IMG/VR virus record: IMGVR_UViG_3300041407_000052
Span: 28,348-92,347 of that record
Origin: a virus
Taxonomy: Duplodnaviria > Heunggongvirae > Uroviricota > Caudoviricetes
Length of the DNA: 64,000 nt
Strand: one strand, 5' to 3'
Under the pieces are notes generated by a model, which was not told where the DNA came from, did not search any database, and saw only the letters and a list, made by a program, of their open reading frames with translations. The position numbers and the translations under genes are program-made. This document shows, in pieces, positions 26,909-35,022 of this stretch. Position 1 is the first letter of the stretch. Each line of letters begins with the position of its first letter.

Positions 26909-28819
26909 TTAAAACTCTACTTCTAGCACTTGTGGGTTCAATGTCTTATCAATGTGTTTGTTCAACCAATTGTTATAATCCATTGTCTGACGGGTTTCGA
27001 TGTCATAAATCAGTTGCATAATCTCACCAGTCTCACCACCACGACACTTCGGAAGATCCACATGTGTCAGGTTACGAATGATTGGATCTGGGTTCATCTT
27101 ATCCCGACTGATCACAATGTTGTACGCACCTGATTGTACAAACGTACCACTACCTAATGCATCATATTCTGATGCTTTCCGCCACGAACCATCTGAGTTC
27201 TGAGGTTTACGTGTGTGCAGAACGTTTACAATCGTAACACCAGTCTTGACAATCTGTTTCTGCCACCGCATGTGGTCTTCTTGCATATCACTGTTAGCAC
27301 CACGGAGAATGTCGGTCAGTACGTCGATTACAATGATCTTACAACCGTGTTGATGAATCAGTTTTTCAATCTGGCGTTCAAGCAGTTTAAGGTCACCATC
27401 TCGTTCATCCAAGATTGCATAACGTGGTTGACCAGTATCATCAACAAGCAAGTTGTCATACAGTGCTTTAACATCTGGACGATCAAGATACTCAAGAATA
27501 TCAGCACCTTCACCAATCCATGCCAAGTTCTTCTCAAGGTGAAGTGAAAGCAAGTCAAGAGTATATTGACCTTCAGTCATTTCCAAACTTACAACACCAA
27601 CTTTCTGTGGTGCGTTAAACATCCAGAAGTAGTTGAGTCCGTTAACGTGTGTCGATTTACCAACAGATGTGTCACCAATGATATTGACAATAGAACCCTG
27701 ACGAATACCACCTTTCATTGCATCTTGTACAGCTTTCCATTCAGGTGGAAGTTGAATACGTGGACGCATCAGTTCTTCACGAACAGAATCCATCGAATCA
27801 GTACTTTCTTTAATACCACTAGCAATCAATGGTTTGGCATTATAGAAGTCACGAACAAATGTCGATGCAAGCCCATCTTCCAACATCTTGTTTGGATCTT
27901 TACCAGTCCAGACAACAACCTTAACTTTCTCTTTCGGTAATACTGCTGCAATGTCAGCAGCTGCTTTACGTCCAGCTTCATCATTATCCATACCAATGAT
28001 GATTTGTTCATACATATCAAAGAATGAATACTGAGCAGCAATCTGCTTAACTGCACTGTTCTCACCACATGTTGGACTAACAACATGAACAGGAGCAATG
28101 TTACCTTTACCTGCACGGTTCTCATCATGCATCTGATATGCCGCAACTTTATCCTCTTCACCACCAACGATCAAGATATACTTGTTATGACCAGAGTATT
28201 TAATCTGACCACTTAGTTGGTTCTTACCACCAGTACTACCGACATTACCAAACCGGAAGTCTTTAGGGTGATTACGACACTTATAACCAGCCAACTTACC
28301 TTTAGTGTTTGTCTCAGGATAGTGACGACTAATTACTTTACCATCGTCATCTTTCTTAGTTAGGTGACCGAAGAACTTCAGATATTCATCTTTAATCCCA
28401 CGATAACCCATACCATTGTAACCACTTACTTTTCGACCATTGATTTCCCGGTGAGCGCTTTGAATGAACGCTTTAACTTCCTCATCACTCATTGCTGGAA
28501 GACAATCAATTGTCTGTACTTGCCCATCACTCACTTTCTTTCTCTCCTCTTGAAATTGCTCATTTGTTAAACCAAGAATACCCAAGGTAATGTCACGAGC
28601 TTTCTTGAACTCAACCTTAACGTCCAGACCTTCACTGTCTGCAACAAAATCAATTACCGTACTTCCAGCACCGCACCCGAAACAGTAATAAGTATTCTGG
28701 TGATGGTAGACATTAAATGATGGACTATGTTCTTTATGGAACGGGCATAGAATTTTGTCACTACCATCATATTTAGGATGATAATGTTTAATTACCTTTT
28801 GAATCAAACTTTCAGTCAA
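26909..28819 (-). CDS. bifunctional primase-helicase (T7 gp4-like: CHC2 zinc finger, TOPRIM, DnaB-family helicase)
   Basis: CPFHKEHSPSF...CFGCGAGS zinc finger; Walker A GDTSVGKST in C-terminal half. Confidence 0.85.
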   Translation of the reverse strand: MTESLIQKVIKHYHPKYDGSDKILCPFHKEHSPSFNVYHHQNTYYCFGCGAGSTVIDFVADSEGLDVKVEFKKARDITLGILGLTNEQFQEERKKVSDGQVQTIDCLPAMSDEEVKAFIQSAHREINGRKVSGYNGMGYRGIKDEYLKFFGHLTKKDDDGKVISRHYPETNTKGKLAGYKCRNHPKDFRFGNVGSTGGKNQLSGQIKYSGHNKYILIVGGEEDKVAAYQMHDENRAGKGNIAPVHVVSPTCGENSAVKQIAAQYSFFDMYEQIIIGMDNDEAGRKAAADIAAVLPKEKVKVVVWTGKDPNKMLEDGLASTFVRDFYNAKPLIASGIKESTDSMDSVREELMRPRIQLPPEWKAVQDAMKGGIRQGSIVNIIGDTSVGKSTHVNGLNYFWMFNAPQKVGVVSLEMTEGQYTLDLLSLHLEKNLAWIGEGADILEYLDRPDVKALYDNLLVDDTGQPRYAILDERDGDLKLLERQIEKLIHQHGCKIIVIDVLTDILRGANSDMQEDHMRWQKQIVKTGVTIVNVLHTRKPQNSDGSWRKASEYDALGSGTFVQSGAYNIVISRDKMNPDPIIRNLTHVDLPKCRGGETGEIMQLIYDIETRQTMDYNNWLNKHIDKTLNPQVLEVEF

Positions 28820-28831
28820 ACAATCTCTCCT

Positions 28832-29059
28832 CTAGTATTTGTCGCAGTTAAACTCATAACCCTCTTCAATCATAACTTCTTTTAGCGCTGCAACTTTCTC
28901 AGCAAAGTCATATTGTTTACGATCACTATAGAAAGCCATACCACGCATTGATAACCAATCATCACGCATCCAGACAACACCTTTATTACCAGCAGTGTCT
29001 TCAAGGTTGTCGATGTCTTTCATCATTTGCATGTCAATCTTGGTAAGATCAAATTTCAT
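28832..29059 (-). CDS. hypothetical protein (75 aa)
   Basis: ORF track. Confidence 0.45.
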   Translation of the reverse strand: MKFDLTKIDMQMMKDIDNLEDTAGNKGVVWMRDDWLSMRGMAFYSDRKQYDFAEKVAALKEVMIEEGYEFNCDKY

Positions 29060-29229
29060 TGTGCTTTCTCGATGTCATTAATTGCATTTGTCAGTACTCG
29101 ATAGAAATCTTCAGGTTGTTCCCAATACCAAACATTACTGAATCCACGACATTCTATAGTTTGCTGACTAAAGTCAACTTGCAACCTGTATTTGAGCAGC
29201 GCTTGCAATGCCCATGCTTGATCACTCAT
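29056..29229 (-). CDS. small ORF (57 aa)
   Basis: ATGA coupling both ends; reads MSDQAWALQALLKYRL...; not in track; coordinates +/-1. Confidence 0.35.
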   Translation of the reverse strand: MSDQAWALQALLKYRLQVDFSQQTIECRGFSNVWYWEQPEDFYRVLTNAINDIEKAQ

Positions 29230-29503
29230 TGTTAGCTTCCCATTCTTTTATGTACACATCTGGATTATCAATCCAATGATGAACCAAAGAATCTTTCAAC
29301 AATCTGATCCAACGATCTTGACGTTTGACAGAAAGATCATAAGCTTGAAGTTTATCTTGAGCAGCAAGGACTGCTTTCTGAAGTTTATCTCTTTCGTTTT
29401 GGTAATATGGAAGCTTGCGATTTGACAGGATCATTTCAAGTTCATCTTGACGATCCAACTCATGACATCTCAATCTACTCATCAATGTTTCTCCACAAAC
29501 CAA
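29222..29503 (-). CDS. hypothetical coiled-coil protein (93 aa; TTG start per track)
   Basis: ORF track. Confidence 0.4.
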   Translation of the reverse strand: MVCGETLMSRLRCHELDRQDELEMILSNRKLPYYQNERDKLQKAVLAAQDKLQAYDLSVKRQDRWIRLLKDSLVHHWIDNPDVYIKEWEANNE

Positions 29504-29778
29504 GTAAACCCACGAAGTCGATGTAACAACATATCAGCTGCTGACTCAGCAGTTTTACGATCTGAATAAGTGATGCTGATAGTACCCATACCAACCTCAA
29601 CAACAGCATTAGGCCATGCATCGTTAAATAAATCAAGCTCATTGAACAAACTTGTACATACGCACCGAGCATCAAAGTCAATCATGTAAGTGTGACTTGC
29701 TTTATACCGCATTACATTTACCTTTGAAGTTAAGTAGGAACGAACGCAGGTGAGTTCGCAGTTGTTGAGTGTGACCAT
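29482..29778 (-). CDS. hypothetical protein (98 aa; start possibly internal Met)
   Basis: ORF track; preferred over 29475..29681. Confidence 0.4.
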   Translation of the reverse strand: MVTLNNCELTCVRSYLTSKVNVMRYKASHTYMIDFDARCVCTSLFNELDLFNDAWPNAVVEVGMGTISITYSDRKTAESAADMLLHRLRGFTWFVEKH

Positions 29779-30025
29779 AAGTCCGTGTTAATTTAAGCAA
29801 CTCATCAACTTGATCACGAAACTCATGATCTTTCATCGGTACTTTTGGTGCTTTGATTTCAGGAAGCATCTCAAGTGCATAGTTGATACTCTCGATCTTA
29901 ACCTGACGATAATCTAGCGCCTGATTACTAAAAGGGTCCATACCGAAAGGTACACACATTGGATCACTTAACTCGCGAAGGTTCTTCTCAAGAAGTTCTT
30001 TGTATTCTTTCAGACCGTAGTTCAT
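29702..30025 (-). CDS. hypothetical protein (107 aa)
   Basis: ORF track. Confidence 0.45.
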   Translation of the reverse strand: MNYGLKEYKELLEKNLRELSDPMCVPFGMDPFSNQALDYRQVKIESINYALEMLPEIKAPKVPMKDHEFRDQVDELLKLTRTYGHTQQLRTHLRSFLLNFKGKCNAV

Positions 30026-30249
30026 ACCACTACCTCACATAGTCCAACATTACACTCAGGAAGACTGTCAAGCTGTCTATCGAAGTCATCCCAGCTAAGG
30101 TATTGGGCAACAGCTGCAAGCTTTGTAACCTCATCCCAACCCTCTTGTACGCCACTTGACATCCAGTGTCGAAGCTTGCGGTAACGATCAGCGTCTTTAC
30201 GGACGGCTTCAAATGGAGATTCACGATTCTCGATAATACTCACTCTCAA
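30022..30249 (-). CDS. hypothetical protein (75 aa)
   Basis: ORF track. Confidence 0.45.
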   Translation of the reverse strand: MRVSIIENRESPFEAVRKDADRYRKLRHWMSSGVQEGWDEVTKLAAVAQYLSWDDFDRQLDSLPECNVGLCEVVV

Positions 30250-30506
30250 TCTCCGATCAACATTTCATCAAGGCGACCACGAGAGTCGAGGTTCAGGGTT
30301 TCACTACGACCATGACAACTCATAATCCCATAGTCGTACGAAATAAATCCAGCAGCGATTACATCACGGTCAATACGTTTCCAGTTGCCATGTGATTGGT
30401 TCTTCAATCGACTGACGGCATTTGCAAACACATCATGGTTCACAGACTTAGGAAACATGAACAGTTCCTCTTTACCATCTTCATCTTGAGTAACTACGTA
30501 TTTCAT
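30246..30506 (-). CDS. hypothetical protein (86 aa)
   Basis: ORF track. Confidence 0.45.
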   Translation of the reverse strand: MKYVVTQDEDGKEELFMFPKSVNHDVFANAVSRLKNQSHGNWKRIDRDVIAAGFISYDYGIMSCHGRSETLNLDSRGRLDEMLIGD

Positions 30507-30691
30507 TTACCCATCCTCTTGAATGCTGCTGTCCACACCTTGAAGTCGTTACGTGCGTGGTCAGAAATGTATTCACCCTCATACTGCTGTAGGTGAATGC
30601 TTGCACGACCACGCATCCCACGACGAATCGAAGAGCTGTATTCTTCAACATACCATTCTTCAAATGCGGTCTTGATTTCTTCGGTAGTCAT
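30503..30691 (-). CDS. hypothetical protein (62 aa)
   Basis: ORF track; first gene downstream of promoter 30733-30761. Confidence 0.45.
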   Translation of the reverse strand: MTTEEIKTAFEEWYVEEYSSSIRRGMRGRASIHLQQYEGEYISDHARNDFKVWTAAFKRMGK

Positions 30692-30732
30692 GGTCGTGCT
30701 TCCTTTGTGAATTTTTCATCTCTTGAGCGCTC

Positions 30733-30761
30733 ATTCTACGCCCGGTGGTGATACCTGTCAA
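30733..30761 (-). promoter_or_regulatory. sigma70 promoter (TTGACA-17-TAGAAT)
   Basis: minus-strand TTGACAggtatcaccaccgggcgTAGAAT. Confidence 0.6.
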
Positions 30762-30785
30762 CAGCTATTTTCACTTTCTTTCAGG

Positions 30786-30815
30786 TATGAAAAAGCCCCA
30801 CACAATGGCGGGGCT
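30786..30815 (-). terminator. rho-independent terminator (GCCCC...GGGGC hairpin + T5)
   Basis: GC stem with CACAATGGC loop then TTTTTCATA on minus strand. Confidence 0.5.
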
Positions 30816-30820
30816 AAATC

Positions 30821-30949
30821 TTATTTACTCAGTTGAATGTTACCACGACCACGTTTACGACTCTTTGGTGCAGACACCTTGAATGCTTTGTGACCAGCGG
30901 TTTGGGTGGTGCCTTGTGGATGTGCTTGTTCGTAGAAGATTTTAGCCAT
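30821..30949 (-). CDS. small basic protein (42 aa)
   Basis: AAGGAG RBS; MAKIFYEQAHPQG...KRGRGNIQLSK; followed by terminator; not in track. Confidence 0.4.
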   Translation of the reverse strand: MAKIFYEQAHPQGTTQTAGHKAFKVSAPKSRKRGRGNIQLSK

Positions 30950-30955
30950 GTTGTG

Positions 30956-31282
30956 TTACTCCTTATTCAATTTGATTTGTTCGTTAATACTGGTGTTGAT
31001 ATCTTCAAGTGCCTTATTACGTTCTGCGTCATATTCAGCACCAGACTTTGGTTTCATCAGACGATCAACCATTGGTGAGTCATTGACGTGGAACTCAGGA
31101 TTTGGAAGTGGTTTAACTGTACCTTTCGGCATGTAACTTGGTTGAATTTGCATGTAAAGTAGGCTGGTAACAATGAAAGTCACAGCAGCAATACCTTTCC
31201 ACTTCCAACCTTGTATCTTGTAAACAACAATACAACCAAGTATCGGAATCAGTACAGAAATCAGGTTAATCAGGAAAATCAT
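30956..31282 (-). CDS. membrane protein (108 aa, 2 TM)
   Basis: two hydrophobic helices at N-terminus; ORF track. Confidence 0.5.
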   Translation of the reverse strand: MIFLINLISVLIPILGCIVVYKIQGWKWKGIAAVTFIVTSLLYMQIQPSYMPKGTVKPLPNPEFHVNDSPMVDRLMKPKSGAEYDAERNKALEDINTSINEQIKLNKE

Positions 31283-31557
31283 TACAACCCCTTAACTGTG
31301 AAGAATGTTTTCCAACTCAAGCCATGACCGTCTGGTTCCAAAGTATATGTCTCACCATCAATGTAGACATACTCACAGTCAACGCCACTCACTACAACTT
31401 CAGAACCGATCCTCAAACCATCAGGGTCACCACCTAGTTCTTCAATCTCGCCAAAAGGTCTAGTTACAAGAATCTTACCAAGCATGTCAAACTCCTTAAT
31501 GAATGAGCGACCGCATATAGTCAGCCGCTCATATTCAATATTACTTGTTGTTGTCAC
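31282..31557 (-). CDS. hypothetical protein (91 aa)
   Basis: ORF track. Confidence 0.45.
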   Translation of the reverse strand: MTTTSNIEYERLTICGRSFIKEFDMLGKILVTRPFGEIEELGGDPDGLRIGSEVVVSGVDCEYVYIDGETYTLEPDGHGLSWKTFFTVKGL

Positions 31558-32449
31558 GCATGTCCATGATCATCGAAGCACCTTGACCACTGCTACCAAA
31601 AACCATTGTTTTAGGGTATGCACCATCCCAAGCTTCAGCTTTGATCTTTTCAATTTCCAACTCTTTGATTCGCAGGGATCGTGGATCTACAGCAGCAGCC
31701 AGTACAAGTTGAGCTTGTGCTTCAGTCTCAGCTTTCTCTTTGTCAATTGCACGTTGCATTTTAGCTTCTTGCAGTTCACGAGACAGTTGGACTTTACTCA
31801 CTTCAAGTTGTGCTTCTTCCTGAGCAATCATCTCACGACGTTTGGCACTGTTCTCTTGAGCCTGAGTAATGATTTCTGGATACTTGATGTTAGTCAAACC
31901 AGCATATCGAACAGTAAACGGTGTACGTGCACCCATGACTTTCGACAACAGTACTTGGATATCAGCGTTGATCTTCTCACCATTAGAAGCAATTTCAGAA
32001 ATGGTGTACTTGGTCAGATAAGATCGAACTTCAGCTTGCAGCACCTGCTTACCGTAAGTGTTGTAGATACTCTCACCAGAGATTACCGACAGTTGATCAC
32101 CTTGTGTAACCTGTGGAAGCTTGTTGAACAAAGGCTCAGCACGTTGTGGATCAACAGCCAGAGTAGCACGAAGGTCAACCTTGATGTTCAGCTTGTCAGC
32201 TGGAATGAAGATTTCCATTGGCTCGACATAGCTCTTATCCGTGTTGTCCATGATTACCATTCGATCACAGTAGTTCATGCATGGTGACAACCGAAGTTTC
32301 GAAGTCGGAATCAAACCTTCTTGATAACCGTCTTTTGTCATGATCTTACCAACAAAACCCGGCGGTACTTCAACTCGCTCACCACAACCAACCATGAGTG
32401 TTGCAGCCAGTGCCAGTGCGGAAGCTTTGATCAGATTGCTAAATTTCAA
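31541..32449 (-). CDS. SPFH/band-7 (HflK/C-prohibitin-like) domain lipoprotein
   Basis: signal peptide with LMVGC lipobox; SPFH-like core (VEVPPGFVGKI...KVDLRATLAV) followed by EAQ-rich coiled coil. Confidence 0.5.
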   Translation of the reverse strand: MKFSNLIKASALALAATLMVGCGERVEVPPGFVGKIMTKDGYQEGLIPTSKLRLSPCMNYCDRMVIMDNTDKSYVEPMEIFIPADKLNIKVDLRATLAVDPQRAEPLFNKLPQVTQGDQLSVISGESIYNTYGKQVLQAEVRSYLTKYTISEIASNGEKINADIQVLLSKVMGARTPFTVRYAGLTNIKYPEIITQAQENSAKRREMIAQEEAQLEVSKVQLSRELQEAKMQRAIDKEKAETEAQAQLVLAAAVDPRSLRIKELEIEKIKAEAWDGAYPKTMVFGSSGQGASMIMDMRDNNK

Positions 32450-32489
32450 GTGTTTCTCCTAGTGTTTTAAAATGTTGTATCAAATAAGG

Positions 32490-32592
32490 TGGCACAGAAG
32501 GGAGTCGAACCCTTACTCCTTACGGAACCGAGTCATCGATACTGTCACCGTAATCGATTCATCAGAATGTCTACCAATTCCATCACTGTGCC
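32490..32592 (-). tRNA. tRNA-like element (7-bp acceptor stem, D-arm, T-arm GGGTTCGACTCCC, discriminator A + CC) with aberrant 50-nt anticodon/variable region; possible pseudo-tRNA or novel small RNA
   Basis: GGCACAG...CTGTGCC acceptor pairing, D-loop AATTGGTAGA, T-loop TTCGACT; no canonical 5-bp/7-nt anticodon arm; internal ATCGAT...ATCGAT hairpin. Confidence 0.45.
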
Positions 32593-32806
32593 TTTTGATG
32601 TCACCAATTATACAGAGGTTGGTACGCATCGTCAAGCTTTATTTTCGTTTTGTTTTAAACTCGTTGGGAATCAATGCAAGTTGGTCAACAAGTGTAGCCA
32701 TTACACGCAGATCATTTTCACGTTGTACATTACGTTCTTGCATTGCTTTCAAAGACTGTTCCACAAATATCCCCTAATGGTAAGTTGTTGTTTGAGTTGG
32801 TGAAGT

Positions 32807-33175
32807 CTACGCTAGTCGTTTCTTCAAGTCAACAATTTCTTGTTCGAGTTTTACAATCCGTTCCAACAAGTTACCTTTGTACAACTCTTCATTGTCATCG
32901 CTGAAATCAACTTCAAAGTCTGGTTCATCGTCATGATGAAAGACATCAGATCGAATCCCAACTTCATAGTTCTGATTTGCAGACAACATCAGATTACCCT
33001 GCCCGAAGACTTCATACATATCATGGTGACGATGGTTGTACCATGAATGATATTCAACCAAGACTCGTGCATCACTAATAACCTCTTTTACAACTCCAAA
33101 ACAACCATGAGCGAGTGGGTTACTAACATCACGAATCTTTACTCGGTCATTCACTTCAAGCTTACGATACGCCAC
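32807..33175 (-). CDS. hypothetical protein (122 aa)
   Basis: ORF track. Confidence 0.5.
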   Translation of the reverse strand: MAYRKLEVNDRVKIRDVSNPLAHGCFGVVKEVISDARVLVEYHSWYNHRHHDMYEVFGQGNLMLSANQNYEVGIRSDVFHHDDEPDFEVDFSDDNEELYKGNLLERIVKLEQEIVDLKKRLA

Positions 33176-33200
33176 TTAATTTCTCCTGTCGATAATTTGG

Positions 33201-33389
33201 TTAGATGTTACCTGAAGTTCTGAGATAGTCAACTGCTTTTCGCATATCACCACCAGAGTGCTTCAGAGCCTTGTGACAAGACATCATACCTTCCCCTGTA
33301 TATTGCCTCAAGTCACGGACCATCTCTGTTGTAATCGCAACTTGAGCCATCAGAGTGTCAAGCTTTTCCATCTCTACCAGCATGACCAA
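33201..33389 (-). CDS. hypothetical protein (62 aa)
   Basis: ORF track. Confidence 0.35.
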   Translation of the reverse strand: MVMLVEMEKLDTLMAQVAITTEMVRDLRQYTGEGMMSCHKALKHSGGDMRKAVDYLRTSGNI

Positions 33390-33522
33390 TTGCTTTAATC
33401 GTCCTGTGCATCTGGTGAAGCTTATCTTCTATCGATGGCATCTGCAAGCAATTCCTTTAGGTTTCCATGTTCCACATTCTTGACACTCTGTCTTTCCGTG
33501 TCGGGCGATGAGCATAATGAAG

Positions 33523-33726
33523 TTATCCAGCCAGTTTGTCAACATCTTTCTTCTCCCATGCATCCTTTATGTATTGTGGGTTCATCTTACCGTTCTCTTG
33601 TTGCATGAACCATCTCATGAATTCAGGAAGGTTGTCAATCTTTGTGTTACTGACATTCCAAGTACACCAATCTAACATGTCTTGACGATAACTCTTATCC
33701 CATAAGGCTGTTGTAGGTCTTTCCAT
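33523..33726 (-). CDS. hypothetical protein (67 aa)
   Basis: ORF track; first gene of minus-strand block next to divergent control region. Confidence 0.45.
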   Translation of the reverse strand: MERPTTALWDKSYRQDMLDWCTWNVSNTKIDNLPEFMRWFMQQENGKMNPQYIKDAWEKKDVDKLAG

Positions 33727-34004
33727 ACACTGCTTCTCCTATATCTTCTTAGATCAAAAGTCAGTAGACAGACTGATCCTACAGGGTCCATACACCAATA
33801 ACTTGATGCCTAAGAACTCTGTTTGACTATCTGACTGACTTTAACGTCTTCTTGAGTCGTTGTCAGGCTACATTATGTGTAGCAACAATGCAAGAGCATT
33901 GCTAGATTGTTCACCCCTCCCGTTTCCGGTATGATCCCCTGTAGTGAACTCAGACTGAGGTTGGCCTAGGATCGTCCCTCTTCATAACCTTTAACACTGG
34001 ACCG

Positions 34005-34038
34005 GTGAGTGCGAGACATTTCTTTTCCAGTGCGAGAA
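34005..34038 (+). repeat. direct repeats AGTGCGAGA x2 (21-bp spacing) upstream of promoter
   Basis: gAGTGCGAGAcatttcttttccAGTGCGAGAag; candidate regulator/iteron site. Confidence 0.4.
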
Positions 34039-34096
34039 GCTTTATCTGCTTCAAGGTTGCCCATTCTACAGAGGTGAACTGATTTTGTCAATAGGG

Positions 34097-34124
34097 TTGA
34101 CAGGCTGAGTGTAAGGTGTATGAT
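34097..34124 (+). promoter_or_regulatory. sigma70 promoter (TTGACA-16-TATGAT) for plus-strand module
   Basis: TTGACAggctgagtgtaaggtgTATGAT then TAGGAGA RBS and ATG at 34152. Confidence 0.55.
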
Positions 34125-34151
34125 GGACCACACCTAATAGGAGACAACAAA

Positions 34152-34385
34152 ATGAAATGGAAAATTGATTACGTTTGGACCAAGATTGAATCTGTGATTC
34201 CAGATGCTCGGTCTTTCGGATATGCAATCCCTGAAGCGTTGAAAGCCGCTGCTATAGAGTTGTTCATCCTAGATGAAGGTCACCATAATGGTAGCTTCAG
34301 AGCTTACGTAATCTCTACTTGTCTGCTTGAGCTGAAGGCTGTAGGATATCTTACTGAAGGTACAATTTCTGAGGATTGGATATAA
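34152..34385 (+). CDS. hypothetical protein (77 aa)
   Basis: track ORF 34116..34385 trimmed to ATG with TAGGAGA RBS; the 5' extension overlaps the promoter. Confidence 0.5.
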   Translation: MKWKIDYVWTKIESVIPDARSFGYAIPEALKAAAIELFILDEGHHNGSFRAYVISTCLLELKAVGYLTEGTISEDWI

Positions 34386-34630
34386 TGAAAACACCTACCA
34401 ACGTTAATAACGCACCAAAGAATGCCACACATTGGGCGCCTGAGACAGACCGTTGGTTGGAATGCTATTACAGGTTGGAGAATGGTTTGTGGTATCATGT
34501 GTCTGATTATTGGGCAAGTGATGTTGAAGAACGACCATATGGACTACCAGCTCAACACTGGAAGAATGATGGACAGCCAACTTTGAAACGTCCACTCACG
34601 GACTTGATTCCGTTGGAGAAATTGAAATGA
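34385..34630 (+). CDS. hypothetical Trp-rich protein (81 aa)
   Basis: track ORF (TTG at 34376) trimmed to ATG 34385 (TAATG coupling). Confidence 0.5.
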   Translation: MKTPTNVNNAPKNATHWAPETDRWLECYYRLENGLWYHVSDYWASDVEERPYGLPAQHWKNDGQPTLKRPLTDLIPLEKLK

Positions 34631-34902
34631 CCAGACTAAGTGGTTGGGTCATGGAAGACCATTGTTCCATGCGTTACGTGCTGGGAACTGATCGTGAAGA
34701 GATTGAGAATCGTGTTGCATTTATTGAAAAGACGCCTCGTGTGAGGGTTTCTCCTTACAATGGTGACTGGTTCCAAGATTACAAGAATTGGCAAGAAGGT
34801 CCAAAAGGTTGTTCTCCTGAATATGGACAGTATCAACCTAGTAGAGATTGGTGTGATGCTCGGTTGATTGAGATGGGTTACATTCTGACCGAGGATGAGT
34901 GA
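34627..34902 (+). CDS. hypothetical protein (91 aa)
   Basis: ORF track; ATGA coupling. Confidence 0.5.
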   Translation: MTRLSGWVMEDHCSMRYVLGTDREEIENRVAFIEKTPRVRVSPYNGDWFQDYKNWQEGPKGCSPEYGQYQPSRDWCDARLIEMGYILTEDE

Positions 34903-35022
34903 AATGAGTAGTCACGTTGCTGCTTACTACACTCATTTGATGAATTCTGTTGACACAGGTTGCCCAATGAGAGACTATTGCACCAAGGATGTTTACGTTT
35001 ACGACATTTTGAGGAATTTGTA

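Noticed and set aside
29459-29461. Displayed sequence reads ...AACTCCATG... where the track translation of ORF 29222..29503 (…RCHELDRQ…) implies ...AACTCATG.... This is a one-base discrepancy that would frameshift the gene.
   Set aside because: The source of the discrepancy could not be resolved. The ORF track was treated as authoritative and the gene is not called a pseudogene. Coordinates of the small ORF 29056..29229 are therefore +/-1.
32490-32592. Canonical class II tRNA (Leu/Ser/Tyr) or tRNA-Sec assignment for the tRNA-like element
   Set aside because: Every 5-bp stem/7-nt loop placement between the D-arm and the variable region was scanned, with G-U allowed, and none pairs. There is no TCA anticodon in a plausible loop, and 103 nt is too long. 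It is kept as tRNA-like or pseudo-tRNA only.
33389-33523. 27-aa Cys-rich peptide ORF (MLIARHGKTECQECGTWKPKGIACRCHR) on the minus strand
   Set aside because: It is too short and has a weak RBS (GGATAA). It was noted but not annotated.
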